This document shows positions 39,701-52,869 of a stretch of 64,000 nucleotides of DNA, piece after piece. Position 1 is the stretch's first letter. Every line of letters starts with the position of its first letter. Source of the DNA: Podarcis pityusensis (lineage: Eukaryota); the NCBI GenBank assembly GCA_964106645.2, contig OZ067043.1; one strand, 5' to 3'. Below the pieces are notes generated by a model, which ran no database searches, was not told where the DNA came from, and was given only the letters and a program-made list of their open reading frames with translations. The position numbers and the translations under genes are program-made.

Positions 39701-41852
39701 ATGTAAAGGAGAAATTGGGCTGTAAAAAGATTTGGCTTGTTGCCATTTGGGATATAGTCATAGTCTTAGGTATGCTTGGGAAAGGCTTTTATCTGATGCT
39801 TGTCTTTTGTTAGTTGAAACTTGGATTGTACATTAAACCTTGTTATTTAAAAAATATATGAAAACTTTTCCTGAGGCACAAATAAAACACTCAAAAAAAT
39901 ACCTCCCTTTCATGTTCTGTTGTCCAGTGTAGAATGCTTAGAATAATGCTGGGTAGTGGAAAAATGTGTCTCTGCAGTCAGAATCTGACATTCATATTTC
40001 CTACCCAGATATGTGTTGCTTTAAACTGCACATTTCTAATATGTCTGGCTCACATAGTACCGTAAATTTTTGCTGGAGATTGCTCAACTTACAAAGCTTT
40101 CAGTATCTTTGTGTCATTGGGAATGGAGTAGGGGGCATTTACTGCAAAACAATGCTGGTCTATGACTGTTTCAAAACATTCTATAGTATTAGAAGGTTTC
40201 TTTCTGCATGTCTGAAGCAAGGATAATTATTATTTAATGTATTAGTTGCTTTATACAAAAAGTGCCTTAAAGCAAATCAGCAACTACATAAAATGAAAAA
40301 AGCTAAAATCAGAAATAAATAACCAAGAGAATAATAAAGTTCCTAAAAGTGCTCATCCAACAATACTTTAAAAATAACAAATTCTGCCCCTCCCCACCAA
40401 AACATGAGCACCACAATAAAGATCAAAATCGTAGCAAAAGGAAATTTCATCATAACTCCCAATGAAAACTGTTAATGCTAATTTCTTTAAGAATGCAAAA
40501 GTCAGTATTTTTTTTCTTGCAGAGGAAAAAGTTCCCTTGCTGATCTCTCTATAAATTGTAATATCTATCAACTGAGAGTATATGGAATGCAGGGATCTAA
40601 AACTTCTCTACTTTCTCCCCAATTATAGGGAAGCAATGGCTAATTAAATTTAATGTGGTTTCCTAGAAACTGACTCGTGCTTTCCTGCTGTTGACTGGAC
40701 CCATCTGTCTGTAGTTTTCCTTTCTGGAGATTAGGGAAAGGAAGCTCTGGCCTTGATACAAAATTCTTCACCCTTGATAGTTTTTCATGAGCAAAAGCCA
40801 CAGCGGATACAATTACACTCCTTGGTTCTGTACAGGGCATATAATGGGTGATCACTCAAACTGTGGCAAGCAAGGGAAACTTTGCATTTAATTTAACAAA
40901 GGCAATGCTGAGTCAGCTCCTTTGGTATTTGCAACATCCGCTTCTGCTGTTTCATGTGAAATGCTAACTTAAACTAGGATTCCAAGTGAGAACCACAGTC
41001 TTCAGAACAGCTTGCAGATTGTAAACCTGCTGTAAATTAATAGGGTGGGTGCAAAAGGGCTTCCAATATTAGAAAAATAAAATTTTGTGTTTGTTCTTTG
41101 AATAACTGTGTTCCAGGTGATGGCTTGGTAGCTTGGATGTCGAAATAGTTTCTTATTAATTGTGACACTCATTCCCAAGGAGAAAATTGTCCTAGCATAG
41201 TCATTCTTTGGGTTCCTTATTGAGCAGTGTTTAAACACTTAGTCCAGAACGAAGAAGCAAGCCCCTGAAGGTTAATGGCATATGATTTAAGAATTTTATC
41301 TGCTCTCTTCTGCCAAAATTGTTCACTTGCTATCTTAATATGCTGGTGGCATGATTTTTCAGCTGTGGTCTATAATGTTTCCACTCTATGCAATGTTTGT
41401 TCAGAGTGTTTATTCAGAGAGCATTTATTCCTATGATTATATAACATTACCCAATAACACTTTTTTCTTTCCTTAGCTCACAATTCAAATGATAAAATAC
41501 TGTAAACACAAAGTATTAAAATCAACAGTCTGCAGCATAAACATTTTCCAACAGAGAGGATAATAGAAACAGTTAACCACTGTTTATGTGCTGTACATTT
41601 TTAGTTAAACACTTTAAAATTGGATTTTAAACCCTGGGAGAAAAGTCTTCACCTGCATGCACTTAAAGAAGGTGCCAGATGAGCTTCTGTGGGAAGGGTG
41701 TTATAGAACAGGAATCTTAGCACTAAGAAGGCCCACTGCTTGACAGCTACCTGGAGCAGATCTTGAGGTTTCAGTTGCCCAACACTTTAAACTGCGTCTG
41801 GACAGACTTGGCAATTGGGGCTGCTAATGAAGCACTAGCATAATATGATCTA

Positions 41853-42149
41853 CAGTGCTGCCTTGCAAGACGAATGCCTCGCAAGACGAAAAACGCGCTA
41901 GACGAAAGAGTTTTCCGTTTTTTGAGTCGTTCCGCAAGACAAATTTCCCTATGGGCTTGCTTCGCAAGACGAAACGTCTTGCAAGTTCTTGCGAGTTTGT
42001 TTCCTTTTTCTTAAAGCCGCTAAGCCGTTAATAGCCGCTAAGCCGCTAATAGCAGCTAAGCCGCTAATAGCCGTGCTTCGCAAGACGATAAAACCGCAAG
42101 ACGAAGAGACTCACGGAACGGATTAATTTTGTCTTGCGAGGCACCACTG
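41853..42149 (+). mobile_element. Same MITE family, variant copy B with internal minisatellite
   Basis: TA TSD; same TIRs; interior contains (AAGCCGCT/AATAGCCGCT)n at ~42014-42073. Confidence 0.85.
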
Positions 42150-42833
42150 TAATTGTCCAGTTAACAATCATACAGGGCTATTTTGGATCAAGGGCAGTTT
42201 TCAAATTATTTTCAAAAGCAGCCCCTTGTATACAACAGAAGCAGCCATTTGTACAACTCACTGCAATATAGATGGGTTGTCAGTGCATGGTTAATTGTAA
42301 CTACATTATCTCAATTTACATATGGTAATAGCTGATAAAAGATATTCCAGGCAACAGAGGCCACTCAGGACTCTAATGGCAGTGCTGGATGAATGAGCAC
42401 ATATAAACTGTGTATCTGATATTCTTTAGCGCGCAGTACAGCCCCCTTCAGAATAGGTCTAAAAGCCATTCACCCAGGTGATGAATCACCCACCAACATT
42501 ATCTCAATTGTGTCTGGATTGAGTTTCAGTTCATTTGCCTTCATACAGTCCATTACCATGCCCAGGCACTGGTTTAGGACACCAGCAGCTGCACCTGAAT
42601 TTGAGAAAGCTGAGTGTCATTTGCATATCTCTGGATAACCTCTCTCAGCAGTTTTATGTAGGTGTTGAACAGCAAGGAGTAGAGAACAGAACCCTGCAGG
42701 ACACCAAAGTAAACCTGCCAAGGGGTCAATAAACGCTCCTCTAGCACTACCCTCTGGCATCAATTATCCAAATAGGAATGGGACCCGCCACTAAGTGGTG
42801 CTTCCAACGCTCAACTTAGATAGCCTTCCCAGA

Positions 42834-42981
42834 CAGTGGCGTAGCGTGGGTTGTCAGCACCCGGGGCAAGGCAAGTAATTTGCGCCCCCTAACCCGTGGA
42901 TTTGCGCCCCCTAACCCTAACCCCCAGATGTTGTGCCCGGTGCAGCCGGCCCCCCCCTGCACCCCTCATGCTACGCCACTG
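42834..42981. mobile_element. hAT MITE (148 bp)
   Basis: Perfect TIR CAGTGGCGTAGC / GCTACGCCACTG; perfect 8-bp TSD TTCCCAGA (42826-42833, 42982-42989). Confidence 0.9.
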
Positions 42982-43222
42982 TTCCCAGAAAGGTACTGTG
43001 GCCAATGCATCAAAAGCCACTTAGAGTCCAAGGAAATCAACAGTGTTTCACTCCTGCTTTCTCCTTCCTAGAGTGATCAAGGCAGTTTCTCTCCCAAAAT
43101 CAAACCTGAAGCCTTAACTGAGATGGTTGAAGAAAATCAGTTTCATCCAAAAGTATCAAGCTTGTTAGTGACAACTTTCCTGGGCACCTTACCTAGGAAG
43201 GGGATGCTAGCCACTGACCTAG

Positions 43223-43320
43223 GAGCCAATGTGGTATAGTGGTTAGAGTGTTGGGAAACCAGGGTTCAAATCCTCACTCAAGTTTATGAAGCACATTGGG
43301 TGACCTTGAGCCACTCGCAG
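43223..43320 (+). mobile_element. MIR/Squam3-like tRNA-derived SINE fragment
   Basis: GCCAATGTGGTATAGTGGTTAGAGTG A-box, GGGTTCAAATCC B-box, GGGTGACCTTG core. Confidence 0.6.
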
Positions 43321-43694
43321 CTTTCAAATTTGACTGGGTAATAAGCATACTTCTTGGGGTGGGAGTGTTGTGGTGTCATTACTCTGCATAGCTCTTAACT
43401 TCTGCTAGTTAGGACAATTTTTTTAAAAAAATATTTATTTCAAATTTCTATATTGGCCTTCCATAAGAAAAGACTTCTCTTCCCGGGTCAGTGTGCATAA
43501 AAGGAAAATACAGGAACAATTAAAATGCTGGTAAAGCAAATTGGGACAATCTTTGTTGGCATACGTCTTACCTGGGAGACTATGGAAGAGTGCACCTTTG
43601 CAAGTAAAGTCAAACATTTGGAGAGTTTCAGCACCTGCTGTGGTTGTAGAGACAGATATAGAAGAGACATATTTTACTGCAGTTGGAGCAGATA

Positions 43695-44050
43695 CAGTGG
43701 TGCCTCGCAAGACGAAATTAATTCGTTCCGCGAGTTTTGTCGTCTTGCGATTTTTTTCGTCTTGCGAAGCACGGTGTCGGGAAAGTTTTGGAAAAGCTTC
43801 AAAAATCACCAAAGTCTTTAAAAACCTCAAAAAAGGCTACTACACCGCGTTCTATGAGTTGCTCCTCGAAGTCAAGTCGCAACTGTATTAATGGTGTTAA
43901 GAAAAAGGAAACAAACTTGCAAGATGTTTCCGTCTTGCGAAGCAAGCCCATAGGGAAAATCGTCTTGCGAAGCAGCTCAAAAAACAAAAAAACCCTTTCG
44001 TCTAGCGAGTTTTTTGTCTTGCGAGGCATTCGTCTTGTGAGGTACCACTG
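43695..44050 (-). mobile_element. Same MITE family, copy C (inverted relative to A and B)
   Basis: TA TSD; near-identical reverse complement of 32594-32948 (the ORF track gives the same peptides on opposite strands). Confidence 0.88.
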
Positions 44051-44794
44051 TAAAGGCTTCTGGTGTTGCTGCTACAGGTTCCAACACCACCACACACCTG
44101 TATTCACATGGGGGGGGGGTGTCAATACAAAATGTACACTGTCCTGATTGAAATGGTCTTCGGCTGGTGGACCATAGCCTGATCCAAGGTGGGTCACAAC
44201 AGCGGTACAACTATCATGCAAATATATGGTAAAATATAAAGAAATCGGTTCCCAAATGTATCTTTGGGTTAAAAGTGGGCCATGAGTCTAAAATGGTCGA
44301 AGATACCTGCATTGAAATCAGCTGATTGAAATCAGGACATTGAAATCAGCTGAGTAGAGTTCATCGAGCGAATTATGATATCCTGTAAGTAACTGCTCAA
44401 AACATCAGCTCCCTCCAGCAGCTTTTCTTTTCCTTTCCGGGCATCCAAGTGAAGCTTCTTTCATCCTGTGTTTAGAGTGACTCATGGTTGGGACAGAGCC
44501 AGCTCACTGCTATTATGCATTAAAAGATCTCATTGGTGTGTGTTAGCACTGATGAAGGAAGAGCTAGATCAGCAGTGGGGAACAGGATTTGGCCAGTGAG
44601 CCAGAAGAGCTCCCCCACCCCTGTGGCTATTTTGACAAGTGGGTGGCACCATCCACCTGTCAGTTGCATGACATCACCATAATATCAGGTTACCCAACTT
44701 AAAATGAAAGAATCAAGAACACACTCTTAAGCAAGCTCCCAGTTCTTTCCTTTCTTCTTTTCCAGCCCATTTTACTGTAGATGGACAGTATTTT

Positions 44795-45032
44795 ACTTAA
44801 TTACATTTTTATGCTGCCCTTCCTCTAAAGAGCTCAAGGTGTAGTATTCGGCCTTTTCTTCTTCTGCCCACCTCCTACTCTATGTTGTTTTCCCAGCCTG
44901 ACCAACCTCCAAGGAATGTTATGGAGAACAGCTGGTCCGAAAGGCACCCAGTGAACTTCATGGTTGAGAGAGGATTTGAATCTGGGTCTCCTCACTCCTA
45001 GTCCCACTTGCTAAATACTACGCCACACTGGT
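44795..45032 (-). mobile_element. MIR/Squam3-like SINE
   Basis: Reverse strand CCAGTGTGGCGTAGT...GACCCAGATTCAAATCC head; similar to 43223. Confidence 0.55.
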
Positions 45033-48000
45033 TTTCTTTACATGCATCCCTCTTTATACAGAAATTACACTTGCACCGCCCACCATCTACTCCAAGGTAT
45101 AACCTCCACCCCCAAATAATACTGATATGGCATTTCTTCCAAAGTGATGAAAATAGGTGTGTTGATAATAGAAACAAAGATTTACTATGAATATTCCTTA
45201 GCTTGTGGCCAACTTCCCTGGGAATAATTCGTAAGTGCTGGCTTGTTTCTCTTTTTTTAAACAATGACAAATAGACATTCCAGAAAAAGAAATCAAGGTA
45301 GCCGAAATAAGAGTTAGCTGTTAAGAAACCTGATATAGGCCCTAGCAACAGGAGAGGCAGAATGTAGGTCAGTGCCTTTTGTAGGCTGATGAAATTATTG
45401 TGGGAGCTCCCAGAGGAAAATAAAATATGTTGCCTGTAAAGCTAAAAGAAGAGAAACTTTTATAAGTATTAGAATTTATTGATCTTCTGTTCCAAAAATG
45501 AGGAGATGTTGCTAATTGCCTTAAGGTGAAACGTATCCATTATGCAACATTAGTTAGCATAGCAAAATGGAAAAAATGGATTTAAAGAAACTGACTTGTA
45601 TTCTGCTGCTTGGGATTGTTGAATCTTCTCATCCATTTGGAAATTATGAGACGGTAGGCTACAGTGGGGGAAGTATAAGGTTATATAGCAGAATGGATCC
45701 AAAGCTGCCCTTTCATTCACAGGACTCCTTCCATGACTGGTGTTTGATCCAGTGGAGGATCAACTAATGAAAGGTGCTAGGTGCTATTTCTCACTGGTTT
45801 TATCAACACCACCCCTTGAACACACACCCATCTGCTTTGAAAGATTGGTGGACCCTCCAGCACAGCTTAAGAGGTGATGGTGGGGCTGTAATGGAGAGGG
45901 TGAATTGTCAGTATAATGCCTCTTTTCCATTTGCATTACAGACACCAGTGGTGCCTTTTACATCAGCACAACTCCACTGACTGGATTTTGGAATCCAACC
46001 CAGTATTTCATCTATATATTCCCAGTTTCTTTGCTTCTCACAGACTCTTGTTAGCTATGCTCTGTGCTGTCATCACAATTTCTAGAACTGCTGTCATCAC
46101 TAATTGGGAATAGAGGTGTCTCGGGCTACATACTGATTGCTATTCCTCCTTTGATGTTGTAGCAACAGAAGCAAACAATTTTTGCAGCTTTGCCCTGTAC
46201 AAAGGCAAACGTCACCAGTTCTGCATCTCATTTATGTGCTTTGGGGAACAGTTTTTGTTTTTTTTTTAAGGTGCTGCATATTGAGAATTAATGAATTTAA
46301 AATATATTTAAAGACTTTTCAGCCAGTATTCTCAGTAGAGGCTCAGGCATTCAAAGGCTGAACAAGCAGAGATCTTTTCATCACTGAAAAAATATGGATT
46401 ATTCTAAAATGGAATTGATTATCTTAGTTCCCTGTCTAAATTTAGAAAGCTGTAATCATTCCTGTGTTTCATAGTGAGCAATAAAATTCTATTTTGAGAG
46501 AGTAGCTATTGCCATAGAAACATTTATTTAAATCTAAACCCAATTTTGTGTGTGCCTTCCAAAATAGTTTTTAGAAATCATTTTTGATTAATGAATTGTT
46601 GTTCTCTAGTACAGATGTACCATACTTGCATTGGGTGTTTCATGGGCAAAGCTCAAATGAATGTTTCTGCCTCTCTTCTGCCATGGTGCATAGAAGAACA
46701 TGGAAAGAGAAACTCAGTGTACATTCAATATAACACTAGCTTGTTTAGACCACACAACAAACCAGCACACCTTTTAAGCACTTGCCACCTTGTATCCATC
46801 TCTGTGGGTGGTTGCTACAAGGAACACATTGTATTATAAAGAGGACCTTTGCATTCTAATGTTCTATTAAGTCTCCCAGCCTCTGTACCAGTTGCCTAAC
46901 AATCCACTTCACAGAAAGATGAATGGAATCAAGAATGCTTAGGGTGCACCCTGTTTGTTTGACTTGCAGGCAGAGCCAAACCTTTGAATAATCTGCATCT
47001 GATTAAAGGGGTACCAAGCCATTGCAGCAAAAAATAGTAAAGTGCCTGCAAGGTGGCATGAGGTTAAAAGGTACATGGGTTTGTTCCAAGCTCAAGCAAG
47101 CATTTGGATTCCCTGAAATCAGTCCCATCAGAATGAAGGCTATCATTTTCCTTGAATATGAGCAAATTATCCATGTGAAATGTGACCTTCTTAATAGTCT
47201 CTCATTACTTGCACATTATGTTATCTTAACTTGTAATAGCAGGTTTAGCAAAGGGCAGCTCATCACTGGAAATCAAATACCTTATACCAGATTTGTCACT
47301 GGTTTGCACACCTGTCAGAAGCAAATCTTGATGGAATTTATTGTCAAGTAGCTGTGTTTAGGATCACAGCCTTAGTGAAACACTGTACAACTCTACAGAT
47401 GAGGGCATTAAGAGGCAAACATTGCAAAATGGCATAATATTATCTGTATGAGTACTGAGGGGATTGCCATTATGGTAGTAATTTGCTTGAAATCCATTGT
47501 GCAGCATACTTTGCAGTGTTTTTGCTGTGTCTAATGGAGAGCAGACATACCAGTAATTCTTAGGGTGGAACAGATGAAACACTGTATAAAAGACACCTAA
47601 GCCCTTCAAATGGAAAAGTCTAAATTTCGTATTTTTGCAAGTGATATGTTTAGGTCAGTGGGTTTCACATTGTTAAATCTGAATATGCCCAAGGGCTACT
47701 TTTAACTTGTTAAATAGACTTTTGCCAATTCAATCATGCGTGGACCATTTTGTAGATTTAAGTTGGAAGTCCAGCCCTAAAACTCACAACATCCTTCTTG
47801 AATATGTCAGATTTTGATATGAACCCAATACAAAAAGTTATTTTGCAGCCAATGTGTTCCCTGAGAAATTATTCTGGAATGTCATACATCCTGAATTTTA
47901 CATTTTCACCTTTTGAAGTGCCATATAACCCAAATGTATTAGAGTTTATTTTGTAGCTGTGTTTGTTCTTGTATCTACGATCGTCTTTAAACTAGAAAGT

Positions 48001-48967
48001 TTGTTTCTTTTCGGTGTGGCTTTTTGGGGAGAGGTGAGTGGGTCCTCTGTAAAATAGTGTAAAATAGTACCTGGCTTTGTAAACTATGCACATGTGGAGA
48101 CAGAATGTCTTGAAATTCTTGTGTCTCAAGTGTAATGCAAGATACAGCGTTCATTATCAAACTGCAATATCCTTTAGGATTTTGAGGGATTTTACAAAGT
48201 CAACTGCATGTGATCAAACTGCTGTTAGGAGATATCAGTAAATTAGCTTTTGCAAGATGTGCATGTTATCATTCCACATACTACACAGGAGCAATGAGTA
48301 GCTTGTGCTTTCTTGGTTTGCATTTTGTGTGTGGTGGTGACTGCTTAAGATTAAAGCATTAATCTATCCCTATGATTATTTGGATTGCTCTTTTTGAATT
48401 CCTCTTTCCCCCATTTGCAACATGTATCTGTCCCTCCTTTATAAAGGATGAGAGTGTAGAAACTACCTAGTGAACTTAACTGGCATCATAATTAATCATC
48501 CAGTAATGCTGGAATAGTCAACCATGTATAGATTTTATCCCACTTCCACCATGGGACTAGATTGGTTTAAATCTACTTTTTAATATATTGGTGACCCACC
48601 ATTACAAACTCAAAGGGTTTGTGATACTGGGTAGAACAGAATAATGCAGGTCAGCAATTGTTTTGAAACAATTATGGTTCCTTATTTGTTCATTCATTGC
48701 ACTGAGCATCACACATAACTGTGTCTGTCTTCCTGGATTGTGAGTGACTGAGTTCTTGCCCAAGTAAACAAATGTTCCTCAATAAGCTGACTGATGCTCT
48801 TGGCTCCAGATAAAAAGCCCATTTCTTTCTCTGCAGCATTGCTCTTGCCATGCTTTGCAACAAACGAATCTTTTAGATTTAAAACCAAGTTCTACTGCCA
48901 GTTTGTTCTCTGCTACAGTAAAACACTTCAAGAAATTAAGAACTGTGCAAATATAACTTTGGTTATG

Positions 48968-48997
<30 letters not shown>
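48968..48997. repeat. (GTT)10 microsatellite
   Basis: Direct reading of the sequence. Confidence 0.95.
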
Positions 48998-48999
<2 letters not shown>

Positions 49000-51804
49000 A
49001 AAAAGGTGTGTGGTACATACATACTAGTTCTGCATTCTTGTGCTGACTTGTTTAATATGAAGTCGCTGCTATTTAAAGATTAAACCATTTTTTTAACATC
49101 TTCACACACAAATTCAAATAATCTTGGCCAGCTGCCAGCAAGCTTTTGAATGTTGGCCAGGACTGGAGGCAACCAAGAATGCCTGGAAATAATTAATCGA
49201 AATAGATGGTACCAACTTCTGAAGTGCTATTTTCTGAAAATAGCTGTTGCCAGAAAAATGACAGATAGCTAAGCAGCATATATATCAAAAGTAAGCAACC
49301 TGTTTATATAGGTTTAAAAGAAATTTCATTTGACTGGAATAAGTCTAGTGTTGTGCTTATCTAAAGTTAAGAGAAAGTAAGAATTCAGAATTACTAAGTC
49401 TTCATGTCTGTAGCTTCTGACATTATGGCCCAAGTGCTGGTGAAGGAAATCTGTGAGTTTTAAACATCCCATGAGCCTGTGATGTTCCACCCAGTTCTTG
49501 CCAGCTAAAAGTACACTTCATATTGCAAAATAGATCACCTGCTTTGCATGCAAAATATCCCAGGTTTGATGCTGCAGCTCCAGCTCCTGGATATTGGGTA
49601 GGAAGGCTCCACATGACCTTTACCTAAGAAGTTGGAACGCCGCTACCCAAAAGAAAGCTAGATGGACTATTACTGCATGCAGTAGACCAAAGGTTTACTC
49701 AGTAACTGACTTCTTGTGGTGATACCTTCTGGAACTTAGAGATGAAATAGAGGATAAGACAGGTGCTCCTCTGAGCTACTAAATGCTAGAGAATAGCTAA
49801 CAAATAAAACTATTTTGATTAGCCATTATTTGTTCATACAAACTGTATGTATGTATGTACAAACTATAGGGGTGATTATTTCCGAGGCTTCAGTTTGAAC
49901 ACCATATTTTACCAGACTCTTGTGTATTGAGCTAAACACTTGCTAGACATTAATATTTTGATGAAAAGTTTGAGATGCTTTCCTTGCTGTTCTGTCACAG
50001 GCTTGTGGCCTCATGTCCTCTGGGGCTCTGAAGCAGATTATTCTGAGGAATAGATAGATGGCTCTGTGAGGAGAGGAAGGACAATCACTTCTGGCTTCCT
50101 AATTTTAGTATTTTCCCCCTTTAGGTGCTCATTTAGGACTTAAAGAGCAGGAATGATTGGGAGGCTATTTATGTTAACATCCCAGGAAGGAGAAATATTT
50201 CCAATGCAGATGAGTTGTGTATGCTTTACATCCATAACAAATCTACCAAGGGCCATTTTCCAATTTGAGAATTCCCTTAGTCTTTTGAGGTGTATTTCCC
50301 TCCTCCTCTTCTAGTTTATATTCAATACCATCCACAAACAGTATTTATTCAGAGTTAATTATGAGGAGGAAAAGCAGTATTCATTATGTAATCTGCCTGG
50401 GAAAGTCCTTGTAATAACTGCCCTTTGAGTACTGCAAGGTCGCTTTTTAATGAATGCTGAAAACAGACCAGGGAAAAGATGAGGGCTTCAAATAGGTGTG
50501 GCCTGCAACAAAATATTGCAGTGTGTGTTCTTCTCACAGGTGTGTCCTGTTCAGAATTCCTTCTAGGCAGCCATGGCTGCAGCTAGCAAATAATTCTGTT
50601 CTTTCCTTTCCACCTTTGCTTTTACAACGGACATGCAACATTCTGGGACTACTGAGCATGCTCATTGGACTGGCTTTGGGTGGGGGCAGAATTGGTCGAT
50701 AAATTTAATGTATGTCTTGGAGGTCACCCAGGTATACAGTTTATTCCCTCTTGTTTCTCTGTAGTCCTGTTTTGACTCTGTTTCTGTCAGCACTGACTGC
50801 TTTAGTTAACTGTTAAGAGGGAGAATCAGGATGCAATGCACATAGTTCAGTGGACTGAAGCACAGAGTGTACAACTGCCTACACTCAAACCATTCTTACA
50901 AACAATATCAAGTATGTTCTCCATTTATTCATCTCTGTCTTCTGGTGCTACTTCAGAGAGAAACAACTTTGGGGCTAGTATTTCATATCAACTGGATTAG
51001 GAGGTTGTGTTTGGACATAATGATAAATTATGGGCTATTGTTGAAAAGGCAAGGCTTGTGCTTGAATGATCCACCTCTCCTATTTTTTCTCCAGTGTAGC
51101 CAAAGAAGGAAACTGTTTTCATCTAACCATAGTTTAGCCTTACGTCTGAACCTGGAAAAACTATGGTTAATCTTAACTGCGGCTTATTGAAACAAGTCAG
51201 CAACAACAAAAAACATAGGTTAGCTGCCTTCGGACATAATTATACATAATGAGTTGGCCACTGAGTGGCTGAAGAGTTGTGAAGTAAACAAGCAAAACAG
51301 TAGCTTATCCTACATTTTTCTATATAAAATGTTTGAGCTGACTTACAAAGTAAGATTAAAATAATTTCAGATACACATAGCCTGTTTAAAATATACAAAA
51401 TACATATTTGAAACCATAAAATATTAAAATCAAAGAAGCTGGTTCACAATAAAAACAGGTTTTCATGCTTAAAATATATAGGTAATTTTAATATAGTCCC
51501 TAGATAGGAGTAAAGACTTTTATTGTTAGGTTAACTTTATATGCCAACTATTCTGTAGCTGTTGCCAAAGGAAGTTGGAATCCACCTTATAAGCTCTTGC
51601 AGCGACACCCACCTACAAGTATGCACTAAGCTCTCAAATTTTAGCACGTGTGCATCACTTTTCAGTTAGCTTAGATCCAGGTCCATGTAAAACTGGTAGA
51701 ATATGGATGTGTTGGTGGCATTATTTATTTATTTAAGTCCATCTTATTTGTGAGATCACTTTCTGACAGGAGCTGCCTTTTTATAGAAAAAAAAATGAAT
51801 TATT

Positions 51805-52250
51805 GTGATACCTTCAGACTAGGAATTTTATTAAAGTATAAACTTTCAAGAACTATAATTCCACTTCATCAGATGTCTATACCAGAGATTCTGTAGTTAC
51901 TGCTAAAGAAAGCTGGCACCTGACGAAGTTGACTCTAGCCCACAAAAGCTTGGGCCTCATCAAAATGGATTCGAGTTGCATTCATTGTAGCTCTGTGGTG
52001 AGCTTTCCATCACAGAAAGGGTTTCTGCTTGCACAATGGAAGGTTCACCCCCTCTCTTCACCCATGTGCCCCCTAAATCTGTTTTAGAGGTTCCCTCAAC
52101 CCTCTGGAGCAGATTCAAGGAGGTCATGGGGCATGCAGGGGGGAGGAGAGGGAGGAAAGTCCCATTGAGTAAATGGAAGTCATTCCGTTCACACAATTAG
52201 GCTCTTTTGTCTTTAAGCTACTACAAAATGCTTTGTTATTTACTGAAACT
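51805..52250. mobile_element. Old degenerate inverted PLE remnant split by a palindromic MITE (~51959-52200)
   Basis: Minus-strand CTGATGAAG...GAAAGTTT (51872-51840); plus-strand CTGACGAAG...AAAAGCTT (51920-51951); GTCTTTAAGCTACTACAA near 52209 resembles the PLE terminus. Confidence 0.5.
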
Positions 52251-52869
52251 ATATAGCAAGTTTATTATATGAAGTTTAAGTTCCACATCAAGAAAGTTGT
52301 GGAATGCCCCGTTGTTCTAGCTCCAGAATTTGAGTGGCTATTAGTAAGCCTGGAGCTTTATTTCTCAAAAATATTGTTTTTCAACAAAAGTGAGCATGGC
52401 TGGTGTCTCACAGCATCTTTCTGTGGCATTTCTCATTTTCTAGGTCCAAGTACCAGGTTGGTCAAGATACTGAAACTTTCCACTGATGGGTTCAAACACC
52501 AAGAGGTGGTTTTATCAGGACCTTATATATAAAGCAAAATTGCAGGCTTCCACCCCACTACTGTGTAGCCCCTTTCAAGTGTGGCTTGCTTTATAGCTTT
52601 TTGGAGGGTTCTTCCTCACTTTTTCCATTATCTTCCAGTCTGTGTTATGGTGTTCCTCTTGAATTTCACAGCAGGGTAGTGCTGGCTATTTAATGTGCTT
52701 TGGGCTGCTCCGTGCATAGGCTGGCCTATTCTGCATCTATGCTTGTTAGCTTCTCTAAACATTGTGACCAATTTGCCTTTCCTCTCAACTCACTGGGTTT
52801 TTGCTGCTTTCTCTTCCATCTTCTGCTTCCCTTCTCTCCCTCCACACTTTCTTGCTGCCGCTGTCGCAG

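Larger units (their letters stand above)
41560..43222 (-). mobile_element. Decayed L2/CR1-clade LINE reverse transcriptase relic (boundaries approximate), interrupted by two MITEs
   Basis: Reverse strand gives RSVASIPFLGKV (~43220-43185), GVLQGSVLYSLLFNT (42705-42661) and YAND, a degenerate YADD (42627-42616). Confidence 0.7.

Noticed and set aside
42014-42073. Short repeat array resembling CRISPR or iterons
   Set aside because: No unique spacers, eukaryotic context, and located inside a MITE.
32581-44147. Repeated ORFs (LRKT.../MSSCDFF...) suggesting a duplicated gene
   Set aside because: They are translations of the non-coding MITE copies; no transposase motifs.
52695-52869. Hydrophobic in-frame extension upstream of the YKKTPPP exon
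   Set aside because: No ATG; it is the polypyrimidine tract read through, and the acceptor at 52869 explains the exon start.
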